From the NCBI GenBank assembly GCA_022563595.1, contig JADFNB010000007.1, positions 14,975 to 78,974 of the forward strand: a stretch of DNA of 64,000 nt. The letters are read 5' to 3'. Below the pieces are notes generated by a model, which saw only the letters and a list, made by a program, of their open reading frames with translations, made no database searches and was not told where the DNA came from. Positions 1 to 8,900 of the stretch are shown piece after piece; the first letter of the stretch is position 1, and the number at the start of each line of letters is the position of its first letter. The translations under genes were made by a program, and so were the position numbers. Source of the DNA: Gemmatimonadota bacterium. Its GTDB lineage: Bacteria; Gemmatimonadota; Gemmatimonadetes; Gemmatimonadales; GWC2-71-9.

Positions 1-98
1 GACGCCAGGATCTCTTCGGTGGCAGGATTCATGACCTCGAGCGTTTGGCCCGAGGTCGCCTTGCGCCACTCGTTGGCGATGAACAGATCGGTGTGCAC
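1..98 (-). CDS. aldehyde dehydrogenase family protein, first 32 codons only (gene runs off the window start)
   Basis: The minus-strand translation VHTDLFIANEWRKATSGQTLEVMNPATEEILA is a typical ALDH N-terminus (NPAT-E motif). The GTG start shares one nt with the upstream TAG stop (TAGTG). Confidence 0.55.
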   Translation of the reverse strand, partial: MHTDLFIANEWRKATSGQTLEVMNPATEEILA

Positions 99-907
99 TA
101 CGTTCCCTTGAACGCGGGGGTTCGTTTCTCGATGTAGGCGGCGAGGCCTTCCCTCGCATCCTCGCTCTGGAAGAGCTGCTGCTGCAGCTCGCGCTCGATC
201 GCCAGGGCGCTCTCGAAGGGCACCTCAGATCCCGAACAGACGGCTCGCTTGATGTTGCCGACCGCTTTGGCTGCCTTTGCCGGCGGGACGAACTGCCGCG
301 CGTACGCCAGCGCGTCGTTCCAGAAGTTCTCCTTGGGGAGCACCTGGTTAACCAACCCCATCTCCTTGGCCTCATCGAACGAGAACAGGTCACCGGTGGC
401 CATCAATTCTATCGACTTGGACTTGCCCACGATTCGCGCCAGACGCTGCGTACCACCGGTGCCTGGCAGCACGCCGAGGTTCACCTCGGGGAGCCCGATC
501 TTGCCGCCGTCCTTGCACGCGACCCGGAGGTCGCACGCCATGGCGATCTCCAACCCACCGCCCACCGTGTGTCCGTTCAACGCCGCAATCACGAGCTTGG
601 GCGTGTGCTCCAGACGGTTCAGGGTCTCGTTCGCGTGGAGACAAAAGAAATACTTGAAGCGGGGCGTCACCTCCTTGAGCATGCTGATGTTCGCGCCCGC
701 GGAGAAGAACTTCTCGCCCTTGCCGCGCAGAACGATCACATGCACGTCGTTGTCCATGCGGGCGTCCAGGATCGCGGTCTCGAGCTGGCGCATCATGTTG
801 TAGGTGTAGGTGTTTGCCGGCGGATCGCTCAGCTCCATGATCCCGATCCCGCCCTCCACCCGATAATCCACGAGCGTCTCGTCAGTCGGTGCAGCCCAAT
901 CAGTCAT
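98..907 (-). CDS. enoyl-CoA hydratase/isomerase (crotonase) family protein
   Basis: Crotonase motifs are present (VIVLRGKGEKFFSAGANI, ALNGHTVGGGLEIAMACDLR, GLPEVNLGVLPGTGGTQRL). The start is placed at ATG 907, preceded by GGAGGA, and the track ORF extends to 943. Confidence 0.85.
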   Translation of the reverse strand: MTDWAAPTDETLVDYRVEGGIGIMELSDPPANTYTYNMMRQLETAILDARMDNDVHVIVLRGKGEKFFSAGANISMLKEVTPRFKYFFCLHANETLNRLEHTPKLVIAALNGHTVGGGLEIAMACDLRVACKDGGKIGLPEVNLGVLPGTGGTQRLARIVGKSKSIELMATGDLFSFDEAKEMGLVNQVLPKENFWNDALAYARQFVPPAKAAKAVGNIKRAVCSGSEVPFESALAIERELQQQLFQSEDAREGLAAYIEKRTPAFKGT

Positions 908-952
908 CTGGTATGGTCCTCCATGTTGCGAAAGAAGTGCCACTCGAATAGT

Positions 953-1147
953 TCACTGTTCGTCTGCCGGGCCGAGGAAACCGGGTAGGTCCAGCTTTTG
1001 AGAGGTATCACCCCACTTTATCGCCTCGAACAGCGATTTGCATTGGCGGCAGTAGTACCGGCTCACCATCAGCGAGGTACCGAAATCGGCCTGTTTCTCG
1101 GTGTCCGTCGCGTGACAGAACGGACACGGCTTCCCTTCGGGTTCCAT
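953..1147 (-). CDS. small zinc-ribbon protein resembling the C-terminal domain of PaaD
   Basis: The product is MEPEGKPCPFCHATDTEKQADFGTSLMVSRYYCRQCKSLFEAIKW, with CPxC...CxxC. Its ATG overlaps the paaC stop (ATGA), which suggests translational coupling. Confidence 0.6.
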   Translation of the reverse strand: MEPEGKPCPFCHATDTEKQADFGTSLMVSRYYCRQCKSLFEAIKWGDTSQKLDLPGFLGPADEQ

Positions 1148-1968
1148 CAGCCCAGCTTGAAGACCTCGTTCTTGCTGCCACGGAGATGGAAAAGGATCTC
1201 CTCGTTCGGCCCGCCGACACCGACACGGCGCGTCGCGGGATTCCATCCGTCGAGCGATGCCCGCTGCGCGGCAGCGACGTTCACCCCCGTGCCCGAGGCC
1301 ATCTCACTCACGTCCTCGAGCAGGGCGCGGAAGATCTCGGCGTTGGCCATCGACTTCACGCTAGCACCAACTAGCGCGGCGTCCTGCTCGTCATCCGCCG
1401 GACCGAACCACTCTGCGACGCTCGTCAACGCCGCACAGGCCTGCCGTTCTAAGCTGCCCCGTGTCACCTCGCCTTGCCTAGCGAGCGCGCGGAACCAGCC
1501 CCGGCCGTGGTGGATGTGGTAGCGCTCCTCGTCCAGCATCTTCTCCACGCTCATCCGGAGTGGCTTGAACGACGATCCCCGAAATGCGTGCAGCACCCGA
1601 GCGACCGCGAGATCCACGATCGCATTCATGGCGACGAACCCCGGCCATCTCTCGATCTGCTCGTCCAGGAACGCCACGTTGGCGAACTCGGCCGCCGGCC
1701 GATTATCGATCAACCTCTCGGGATCGTCGCCGTAGTGTTTCTTGAGCACGGCCTGAAGCAGGCGCACATGTCCCAGCTCCGATTGCGAGAGCGAGCAACT
1801 GGCGACCGCGGCCTCAAGTTCCGGTGTGCCAAAGGTCCACTCCCCATAATGGTAGCCAAGCAGCAGCTTCGTGTCGGCACACGCCATGATGATGTTGCGC
1901 AATCCCAGCCGGCAGGGCTCACTCATGCCCTCCAGGGACTCGAAAACCGGCTTCGTATCGGTCGTCAT
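1147..1968 (-). CDS. paaC: 1,2-phenylacetyl-CoA epoxidase subunit C
   Basis: The 273-aa ferritin-like protein (LLLGYHYGEWTFGTPELEAAVA..., DEERYHIHHGRGWF) sits in a paaA/paaB context. Confidence 0.8.
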   Translation of the reverse strand: MTTDTKPVFESLEGMSEPCRLGLRNIIMACADTKLLLGYHYGEWTFGTPELEAAVASCSLSQSELGHVRLLQAVLKKHYGDDPERLIDNRPAAEFANVAFLDEQIERWPGFVAMNAIVDLAVARVLHAFRGSSFKPLRMSVEKMLDEERYHIHHGRGWFRALARQGEVTRGSLERQACAALTSVAEWFGPADDEQDAALVGASVKSMANAEIFRALLEDVSEMASGTGVNVAAAQRASLDGWNPATRRVGVGGPNEEILFHLRGSKNEVFKLG

Positions 1969-1994
1969 CTGTGATCAGATCTCCGCAACGGGGA

Positions 1995-2216
1995 TCAGTT
2001 CCCCCAAACAGGTACGCTGCCGTGCTGCGTGATGGGGATGACCGCGCTGCGCGGCACGACGCACATCTCCACCCAGCTCTCCTCGTCGTACAGAGTCCAC
2101 GCGTAGGCCTTCGCGAGGTCGTCATCGGTGGCGTTGACGCTCCCGACGTGCCTCAGCGGCTCGTCGTGGGTCTTCCGCGCGAACACCTCGTATACCTGCC
2201 CGAACGTCATTGCCAC
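1995..2216 (-). CDS. paaB: 1,2-phenylacetyl-CoA epoxidase subunit B
   Basis: The 73-aa product contains YEVFARKTHDEPLRHVGSVNATDDDLA...WVEMCVVPRSAV, which is PaaB-like. Confidence 0.8.
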   Translation of the reverse strand: MAMTFGQVYEVFARKTHDEPLRHVGSVNATDDDLAKAYAWTLYDEESWVEMCVVPRSAVIPITQHGSVPVWGN

Positions 2217-2222
2217 CCTCCG

Positions 2223-2552
2223 TCAGGCGACCACGCCGTACACCGCAAGTATGCGGCGACCGCGATCGGTGATACGGTGCTTCGTCCAGGGGGGACTCCA
2301 CACGATTTCCAGGCGTACCTCGCGGACGCCGGGCACCGCCAGGATCGCCTCCCTGATATCCGATACGATCATGTCGATGGCCGGACAACCGATGGACGTA
2401 AACGTGATCTCGACGCTGGCGACCGTGCCGTCCACCCGCACGCCGTACACCATGCCGAGATCGACGATACTCAGCGGGTACTCGGGGTCGGTGACCGCAT
2501 GAAGCGCCTGCCACACCTCCGCGTCAGTTGGCAACGTAGCCGCCGAAAGCAC
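2223..2552 (-). CDS. paaD: DUF59/MIP18-type Fe-S assembly domain protein (PaaD N-terminal domain-like)
   Basis: The product contains VTDPEYPLSIVDLGMVYGV...TFTSIGCPAIDMIVSDI, a DUF59 signature. It overlaps the paaA 3' end, so the start is uncertain (alternative TTG at 2534). Confidence 0.7.
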   Translation of the reverse strand: MLSAATLPTDAEVWQALHAVTDPEYPLSIVDLGMVYGVRVDGTVASVEITFTSIGCPAIDMIVSDIREAILAVPGVREVRLEIVWSPPWTKHRITDRGRRILAVYGVVA

Positions 2553-3468
2553 CCTGGATCATCTCCACGTAGCGCTGGTTCATGGGCCCGCGCGCCTTCC
2601 ACCGGTCGAACACCTGGTCCCAGCTCAACGGCTCGTCGAACAGCCAGCGCTTCTCGTCCGGATCGTATTGGCACGGGAATGGATACTCGAGGACGTACTC
2701 GCCCTTCGCGTCGTCGTAGTGCGCCGGGACCTTTATCCCGATTCCCTCGCACAGCGGTACGGTGGCGCCCATCCATATCTTGCGCAGCTGGTCGTTGGTG
2801 TTGCCCTTCAGCCGGTAGACCAACTGCCCGCTGTGCCGCTTGAGATCGTCCGGCAGCCCGAACCATTCGAGCGTCATCGGGAACATCCAGTCAACCGTTC
2901 GCTGGAGCGCTTCCTTCACCTCCCCACCCGCCTTCGCGAGGCGTTTCATCCACGACTCGCCGTGGCGCAGGTGCAGGACCTCTTCACGGTCCACCTTGAC
3001 CAACGCGCGTTTGAGCGGGCCGTAGCTAGTGTTCTGGTGGACGTCGGAGAGCAGGGTGATCCCCGCCCGATCGAAGAAACCGTTGGCCACTACCATATCG
3101 GCCCAGTTGTCGAGCGGTTGATCGAACCCGTACGGATGCTTGAACTCGTGCGGCTGCCGCCCGTAAACGAGGTACTGCCGGTCCACGCCGAGATCTTCCA
3201 TGATCCGGTAGGCGATATTGGCGTGGCCGAGCTCGTCGTGAATGATCGCGGTCACCGCGATGCGGCTGTTGATGCTCGGGGCATCACGCGACGCCAGGTA
3301 GTAGGCCGGCGCGCTCATCAGCTCGGTGTCGCCCTGGACGGTGAGCTGCGTGATCAGTGTGCGCTTGTAGCCTGGCGTCATGTCCTCCACGGATTCGAGC
3401 ATGAATCCCGCATTGATCCGGTCGATGAGTGCCTGCTCGATCGGATCACGCTCAGCCTTCGTCGTCAC
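2524..3468 (-). CDS. paaA: 1,2-phenylacetyl-CoA epoxidase catalytic subunit A
   Basis: Di-iron oxygenase motifs are present (IIHDELGHANIAYR, EEVLHLRHGESW). The GTG at 3468 is preceded by AGGAGG. The upstream 150 codons of the track ORF are Arg/Ala-rich with no family resemblance. Confidence 0.9.
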   Translation of the reverse strand: MTTKAERDPIEQALIDRINAGFMLESVEDMTPGYKRTLITQLTVQGDTELMSAPAYYLASRDAPSINSRIAVTAIIHDELGHANIAYRIMEDLGVDRQYLVYGRQPHEFKHPYGFDQPLDNWADMVVANGFFDRAGITLLSDVHQNTSYGPLKRALVKVDREEVLHLRHGESWMKRLAKAGGEVKEALQRTVDWMFPMTLEWFGLPDDLKRHSGQLVYRLKGNTNDQLRKIWMGATVPLCEGIGIKVPAHYDDAKGEYVLEYPFPCQYDPDEKRWLFDEPLSWDQVFDRWKARGPMNQRYVEMIQGAFGGYVAN

Positions 3469-3509
3469 GACGTTGCTCCTCCTTGGTGTTCGGTGCCGGT
3501 CCCGTCCGC

Positions 3510-4172
3510 TCAGCCGGCGGGAGACACGGGAGTGGACGGCGCTTGCAGACCGTACAGATAGAGCTGCGTGAACTGCTCGGCCAGCTCCTCGGCGGAAAGC
3601 GGCCCAGCGGTATGATACCAGGTATAGATCCAGTTCATCATCCCGAACAGCGCGTATGCCGCGATCCGGACGTCCCGCGGTGTATCCAGCGCCTCGATGA
3701 GCCCGGCCAACAGATCTACATAGCGCCGCTTGAGATCGATGATCGGGCGCTCCCGCTCGCCGCTCAGGCTGCCGGCCTCGTGCGAGAGCACCTTCATCTC
3801 GCTCATGTGTTGCGCAAAGAACGTCACGTGGTGGCGGATGAATGCCCGCAGCCGCTCCGTCGGCCCCGTAGCCGACTCGACCGCATGAAGCGCACCCTGA
3901 TAGACGTTCTCGAAACATTGCCGCTGGATCAGGAAGAGCAGCTCTTCCTTGCCCGCGACGTAGTGATACATCCCCGCTAGGCTCATCCCGGTAGCGCGCG
4001 CCAGATCACGCATCGTGGTCGGGTGAAACCCCTTTGCCGCGAAGACATCGGCGGCGGTGCGGAGCAGCTGATCGAGCCGCTCATCGTAGGGTTTGATTGC
4101 CATTCGAACGTTCGTTCGAAAAAGTACTCCGGTGGGACGGGAGAGGTCAACTCGGGATTCAGACAGCGCCAT
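3510..4172 (-). CDS. TetR/AcrR family transcriptional regulator (PaaR-like)
   Basis: A TetR HTH is present (FAAKGFHPTTMRDLARATGMSLAGMYHYV). The gene lies 41 nt upstream of paaA on the same strand. An alternative start is ATG 4103. Confidence 0.8.
   Translation of the reverse strand: MALSESRVDLSRPTGVLFRTNVRMAIKPYDERLDQLLRTAADVFAAKGFHPTTMRDLARATGMSLAGMYHYVAGKEELLFLIQRQCFENVYQGALHAVESATGPTERLRAFIRHHVTFFAQHMSEMKVLSHEAGSLSGERERPIIDLKRRYVDLLAGLIEALDTPRDVRIAAYALFGMMNWIYTWYHTAGPLSAEELAEQFTQLYLYGLQAPSTPVSPAG
4103..4120. promoter_or_regulatory. inverted repeat TTCGAACG-TT-CGTTCGAA, candidate PaaR operator
   Basis: The repeat has perfect 8-bp arms. The core CGAACGTTCGTTCG fits the Thermus PaaR consensus CNAACGNNCGTTNG as I recall it. 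It sits at the 5' end of the TetR gene. Confidence 0.5.
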
Positions 4173-4210
4173 TTACTTAACTTCCCCCCTATGAACCCGT
4201 CTGATCTAGC

Positions 4211-4759
4211 GTGACGGTGCCCGAGCGAGACGGGGCGCTCAGCGATGCCGAGCTGATCGCCCGATGGCGGGTGGGGGACGAGGCGGCCGCCTCGGCGCTG
4301 GTGCACCGGCATGCGCGGGCGGTTGCCCGGTTCCTCGCCGCGGCGGGAGCCGGCGAGGAGACGGAGGATCTGGTCCAGGAGGCCTTCTTCCGGGCGTTCC
4401 GGAAGATCGACACTTTCCGCGGTGACGCGAACTTCCGTGCCTGGGTCATGAGGATCGGATCGAACGCACTCAAGGACCTGCGGCGCAAACATGGGCGCTG
4501 GCAGGTACTCGCCCTGGACGAGCGGGACGTGCCGGACGAACGGTTCGACCCGCACGGGGAGGCGATCTCCCGGGATCTCGAGCAGCGCCTCGCGGTTGAG
4601 ATTGGGCGATTGCCCGAGATGCAGCGGGACGTGTTCCTGCTCAGGGCACAACAGGGTCTCGACTACGCGGCGATCGCCGCGGCGCTCGACACCTCGGTCG
4701 GCGCGGCGCGCGTGCACTATCACCACGCCGTGAAACGGCTCAAACAGGTGTTGGAGTGA
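4211..4759 (+). CDS. ECF (sigma-70 family) RNA polymerase sigma factor
   Basis: Region 2 (EDLVQEAFFRAFRKIDTFRGDANFRAWVMRI) and region 4 (LPEMQRDVFLLRAQQGLDYAAIAAALDTSVGAARVHYHHAVKRL) are both recognisable. Confidence 0.85.
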   Translation: MTVPERDGALSDAELIARWRVGDEAAASALVHRHARAVARFLAAAGAGEETEDLVQEAFFRAFRKIDTFRGDANFRAWVMRIGSNALKDLRRKHGRWQVLALDERDVPDERFDPHGEAISRDLEQRLAVEIGRLPEMQRDVFLLRAQQGLDYAAIAAALDTSVGAARVHYHHAVKRLKQVLE

Positions 4760-4835
4760 GGAGCGTACCCAACCACGGGCGTGAGCCCGGGGGCCCGATG
4801 GCAGCGGGGCGGAACCCGCGGATGGGAACGCGGAC

Positions 4836-5237
4836 ATGACGGTGCGAGACGAAGACATCGAGCGAATCGCGGCAGGGCTGGGACGGGAGACGGCCGAACA
4901 GGTGGACGTCGACCGGATCGCCGTAGGCGTGGTGGAGCGTCTCCGCGCGCGCGACGGCATCGAGCGGCCACGCCGGACGTTCCGCTGGCTCGCCATAGCG
5001 GCGGCGCTCGCGCTCGCCGCCGGCGTCACCTTCATGTCGGTACGGACCAGGTCCGTGAGCGAGGGCGCCGAACAGATCGCCGCGGCGCCGCTGCTCGATC
5101 AGCTCTTGGCCGAGGAGCTGGCCGAGGTACTCGATTCACTGTCACTCCGAGCGCCCGTATCGGAGCAGCTTCGCAATGGTTTGGACGATCTCGACGAACG
5201 CCAACTCGAAGAGCTGTTGGCGACCATGGAGGGATGA
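4836..5237 (+). CDS. putative single-pass anti-sigma factor
   Basis: The gene lies directly downstream of the ECF sigma gene. It has one TM segment (WLAIAAALALAAGVTFM) and no zf-HC2 motif. The call rests on position only. Confidence 0.45.
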   Translation: MTVRDEDIERIAAGLGRETAEQVDVDRIAVGVVERLRARDGIERPRRTFRWLAIAAALALAAGVTFMSVRTRSVSEGAEQIAAAPLLDQLLAEELAEVLDSLSLRAPVSEQLRNGLDDLDERQLEELLATMEG

Positions 5238-5707
5238 TGCGCTGGTTGGCAATCCTCGGACTCGCAACGGTATTGGTCGCCCCGGTCCAGGCGCAGGAGC
5301 GGCCGGCGCCCGAGCGACTCCGCGAGCAGGTGATGCGCCGGTTCATGGAGAACTACCGCAACCAGGCCGGTCTGACCGACGAACAGTTTGCACGGTTCCA
5401 AGACGTAACGCGCCGCGCCTGGGAGAGGCGGCGCGAGCTGGAGCAACGCGAGCGGGCCCTGCTACGCGCGTTGGAAGGGCAGATGCGCCCCGGCGTCGCG
5501 GCCGACCAGGACAGTGTGGCCGCGTTGATCGACGCCTTGATCGACGCACAGGCCGCCCGCGTCCAGCACGCCCGGTCCGATCAGGAGGAATACGCGGCGT
5601 TTCTCAATCCCGTCCAGCGGGCACAGATCGTCTTGGCCTGGACGCGACTCGAGCGCCAGATCCAGCAGATCGTCCGGCGACGGATGGAGAACCGCATGAA
5701 TCAGTAG
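5234..5707 (+). CDS. periplasmic Spy/CpxP-like (LTXXQ motif) protein
   Basis: The product has a signal peptide (MMRWLAILGLATVLVAPVQA), an LTDEQ motif and a helical Arg/Glu/Gln-rich body. Its start overlaps the upstream stop (ATGA). Confidence 0.55.
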   Translation: MMRWLAILGLATVLVAPVQAQERPAPERLREQVMRRFMENYRNQAGLTDEQFARFQDVTRRAWERRRELEQRERALLRALEGQMRPGVAADQDSVAALIDALIDAQAARVQHARSDQEEYAAFLNPVQRAQIVLAWTRLERQIQQIVRRRMENRMNQ

Positions 5708-5784
5708 CGACGCTCGCACCGGCGCCCTCCTCCCGAACCCTGCCGCCCCGAGTGCGGCCGTCTGTCCATCTGTCCGTTCGTCTC

Positions 5785-7206
5785 CTACAAGAACAACAGC
5801 ACATACCCCAGCGCCAGAATGATCTGCGCAAGGGCAAACGGAATCGCCTTCTTCACGAACCCGCCAAAACTGAGCCGGATGCCGTGCTTGTGAATGATGG
5901 TCACGGCCACGAGCGTCGATGCCGAGCCGATCGGCGTGAGGTTGCCACCCAGGTTGGCGCCGAAGATCACGGCCCACCAGAGCGGGTCGGTGGCCGCTCG
6001 AACGCCGCCGCCGGGCACCGGGATATCGGTGATGATCTTGGCGAGCATAGCGGCGAGAGGGATGTTGTCGGTCACCGAGCTGAACGCTGCAGCGGACACG
6101 AGCACCGCTCCTGTTCCTACCGTGGGCCCCAGCGCGATCACGTGCTCGAGTCCGTGACCGATCAGCGCCAGCACCTGCGCATGCTCCATCACGTTGATCA
6201 CGACGAACAGCGCGGCGAAGAAGCCCAGGAGATCCCAGTCGACGCCGCGGTAGAACTCGTCCACCTTGTCCTTGTAGCGGACCAGCATGACGAGCGCGAA
6301 GCTGATCGCGATGAATCCCATGCCGAGATCGCTGATGATGGGCGTTGCCGAGGCGCTCGCGATGGCGACGATGAACGCCACGAGCATGACGGCGCAGAAC
6401 CAGAAGAAGGCCTTGCTCTCGATCCCGTCGTTCTCGTCGAACCCCGCAATTAGCTCCGCAGCCTCGTGCCGTTCTTCGTCGGTCTCTAGCCGAGTGATGC
6501 CGAACAACTTCGCTCCCAGCACGATCGTGGCTACCGTCGTGACGACCACGAAGGGACTCGCCTTGAGGAAGAACGTGACGAAGCTGATCCCGGCGGCCGT
6601 GCCCACGATGATGTTGGGGACGGAGCTGATCAGCGTGAGCAGGCCGCCCACGTTGGTGAGCAGCCCCTCCACCAGGAGGAAACCGAGCAGCTTGTTGGTG
6701 CGGCCGAGCTTGTCGAGCGACACGACGGAGAGCGACCCGACAATGATCATGGCCGTCACGTTGTTGAGCACGGCTGAGAAGACCACGGTCATGAGACCGT
6801 AGAGCCACAACAGCCTGCGCGGGTCGCCCCTCGAAACCTTGGTGAGCTTGATGGCAATCCACGTGAACAGTCCCGAGCGCGAGGTCACGTCCACGAACAG
6901 GCTCGCGCCCAGGATGAGCGCGATCACGCCCCAGTCGATCGCCGGGATATAGACCGGAAGATCGACCGCATGCCCGCCGATGTCGTACGGTCCGAGTGGC
7001 AGCTCGAGCAGGATGTCGCCGAGCACGAGACCCACCACCGCAAAGAGCCCCACGATCAGTGATTTCTTGGCGTGGAGTTTCTCCTCGAGGGCCAGCGAGA
7101 GAATCATGGCAACGAGGAGAGCGGCGAAGACCAGCGTCGTCGTCAGGGGAACCACCGCGTGGGACGCCTGTTCCTGAATGGAAGGGAGGATCATATCGGG
7201 CGGCAT
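5785..7206 (-). CDS. ArsB/NhaD-superfamily ion transporter (citrate transporter-like permease)
   Basis: The 473-aa polytopic membrane protein has a central hydrophilic loop and motifs such as SAVLNNVTAMII and GANLGGNLTPIGSAS. Confidence 0.75.
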   Translation of the reverse strand: MPPDMILPSIQEQASHAVVPLTTTLVFAALLVAMILSLALEEKLHAKKSLIVGLFAVVGLVLGDILLELPLGPYDIGGHAVDLPVYIPAIDWGVIALILGASLFVDVTSRSGLFTWIAIKLTKVSRGDPRRLLWLYGLMTVVFSAVLNNVTAMIIVGSLSVVSLDKLGRTNKLLGFLLVEGLLTNVGGLLTLISSVPNIIVGTAAGISFVTFFLKASPFVVVTTVATIVLGAKLFGITRLETDEERHEAAELIAGFDENDGIESKAFFWFCAVMLVAFIVAIASASATPIISDLGMGFIAISFALVMLVRYKDKVDEFYRGVDWDLLGFFAALFVVINVMEHAQVLALIGHGLEHVIALGPTVGTGAVLVSAAAFSSVTDNIPLAAMLAKIITDIPVPGGGVRAATDPLWWAVIFGANLGGNLTPIGSASTLVAVTIIHKHGIRLSFGGFVKKAIPFALAQIILALGYVLLFL

Positions 7207-7240
7207 GGTGGCAGTGGTAGCAGGAGCGAGCAGCGGCCGG

Positions 7241-8134
7241 TCACAGCATGAGCAGCGGGATCTGCCCTAGCTCGATCGCCAGCGGATAGGCGAGCCCGTG
7301 CATGGCGAGCTGATCGGCGTCCTTGGTATTGAAGACCAGGAGATCCACCGTGTGCTGCTCAACGAGCCTCTTGTACTCCCGCAGGTGGCGTCCGACCGTG
7401 ACGAGGCTCTCGACGGTGAGCGGCAAGCCTGCTTCCTCCAGGGTCTCGCGGCACGACCGGATATAATCCTGCGGCTCGCGCATCAGGCGGTTCAGAATCT
7501 CCTCACGGGCCGGCTCCGTCTCAATGGTCGGGATTTTCGAGATGGCATCCATGTAGCGCGTGAAGACGCTTTCGTCCTCGACGTGCGTGAGAAAGAGGGT
7601 ACCGCCGGGCTGGGTGAAGCGCACGGCCCAGTTGACCAGGCGATCGTCACCGGTCAGATGATCGGTCATCGCCATCACGGTGGCTGTGTGCTCCAACGCG
7701 TGTTCGGACGCGCGGCGGGCGTTCGGATGGGGCAGCACGACGACGGGCGTCTTCGTCACCTGGGTGAGCACAACGACGTACTCGCCTAGTGTGTACGGCC
7801 ATTTCCAGCTCTGGCTGTGGAGGTGCCGGTACGTGCAGATCAGATCCGGCCGTTCCGCTTCGACCAGCGCGAGCAACTCGGGGACGGTGGCGAACTCGCC
7901 GCCGTGCAGCACGCGCCAGCGCGGCTCGCCATCCGACCGGAGCACGCGGAGAAAGTCCTCGAGCTGATTGCCGAGCGCCGCCGCCTCGTGCTCCCCAAGA
8001 TCGGTGACCACGAGAACGGAGCGGACCGCCACCGGCCGATAGGTGAACACGGCCTTCGAGGCGGCGCGAAAGACGCTCTCGAACTGATCGACCTTGCCAA
8101 CGGCGATGCCTTCAGTGCGGCGCACGGTCCTCAA
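7241..8134 (-). CDS. universal stress protein, tandem UspA domains
   Basis: Two Usp-like halves are present (VLVVTDLGEHE...VVVLP and VMAMTDHLTGDD...DLLVFNTKD). Confidence 0.7.
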   Translation of the reverse strand: MRTVRRTEGIAVGKVDQFESVFRAASKAVFTYRPVAVRSVLVVTDLGEHEAAALGNQLEDFLRVLRSDGEPRWRVLHGGEFATVPELLALVEAERPDLICTYRHLHSQSWKWPYTLGEYVVVLTQVTKTPVVVLPHPNARRASEHALEHTATVMAMTDHLTGDDRLVNWAVRFTQPGGTLFLTHVEDESVFTRYMDAISKIPTIETEPAREEILNRLMREPQDYIRSCRETLEEAGLPLTVESLVTVGRHLREYKRLVEQHTVDLLVFNTKDADQLAMHGLAYPLAIELGQIPLLML

Positions 8135-8397
8135 TTCTCTGATCCCATGATCGGTAATCTACTCATCCCTCACCCCTATCAAATCCGTTCCCCGCGTACG
8201 CGGCCCGACATTGTAGATCGGGCCCTCATGTTCGTCACAGCGCTCGGCGAAACACCTGAGGAAACTGAGGTCAGGGCACTGTTCGGCTACCCTCTAGTCC
8301 GACGCGACCGAGGATGCCGGAAAACCATGGCGTCGGTCCGGAGCGGGTCGAACAAGGGCCGGACACCGAGCCAGACCGAGTCGCTGGAGCGCCGCTC

Positions 8398-8496
8398 GCC
8401 GCCCGGCCCCAGAGGTTCGAGGACGCGGTACTGCTCGGCGAGCGCGCTGACCAGGCGCTCAGCCAGGTTGTTGGTAATCGTGTCGCTCTCTGCCAT
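8398..8496 (-). pseudogene. short remnant of a Ser/Thr protein kinase 5' end
   Basis: LAERLVSALAEQYRVLEPLGPGG matches the kinase N-terminus and Gly-loop. No frame continues as a kinase after the GG. Confidence 0.3.
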
Positions 8497-8734
8497 CGGA
8501 CCGTCGCCAATCTACGACGCCAGCCGGGGGGAGGCTAGCGAATCCGGGGAAGTGCGCGAGATTTCGCACATGGTGGTCAGGGCCGACATGCGACATGTCG
8601 CTCGTCAGGTCATTACCCAGCCCCGCGGATCAGACCAGAAGCAGCGGGTGGACCACCACATCAGGCTCCCTGGACGGTCCACTCACCCAGTTCTACTTTG
8701 GGAGGGCCGAGCGTGGGTATATTGCACTTCCCAC

Positions 8735-8817
8735 GCCCGAGTGGTGGAATGGCAGACACGCGGGACTCAAAATCCCGTGCCGGCAACGGCATGCGAGTTC
8801 GACCCTCGCCTCGGGCA
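8735..8817 (+). tRNA. tRNA-Leu (anticodon CAA)
   Basis: I folded the cloverleaf by hand. The acceptor is GCCCGAG/CTCGGGC with discriminator A. The anticodon stem is CGGGA/TCCCG with loop CTCAAAA. There is a long variable arm, the T arm is GCGAG-TTCGACC-CTCGC, and no CCA is encoded. Confidence 0.9.
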
Positions 8818-8820
8818 CTG
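8776..8820 (+). repeat. 45-bp direct repeat, copy 1 (3' part of tRNA-Leu plus 3 nt); att-like
   Basis: cgtgccggcaacggcatgcgagttcgaccctcgcctcgggcactg is identical to 10101-10145. Confidence 0.9.
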
Positions 8821-8900
8821 CTGCAACACAACGACTTACGGCACCTCGACGTCTGGACGCTCACCCCTCCACAACGCCAGATTGTCCATGTTCTGTCCAT

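Noticed and set aside
3469-3918. The 150-codon N-terminal extension of the paaA ORF.
   Set aside because: It shows no PaaA similarity and overlaps the TetR gene. A GTG with an AGGAGG SD at 3468 gives a normal-length PaaA.
4121-4210. An ECF-type autoregulated promoter (GAAC...CGT) upstream of the sigma gene.
   Set aside because: A GAACC...CGT pair exists, but the spacing is about 13 nt rather than 16-17, and it sits almost on the GTG start.
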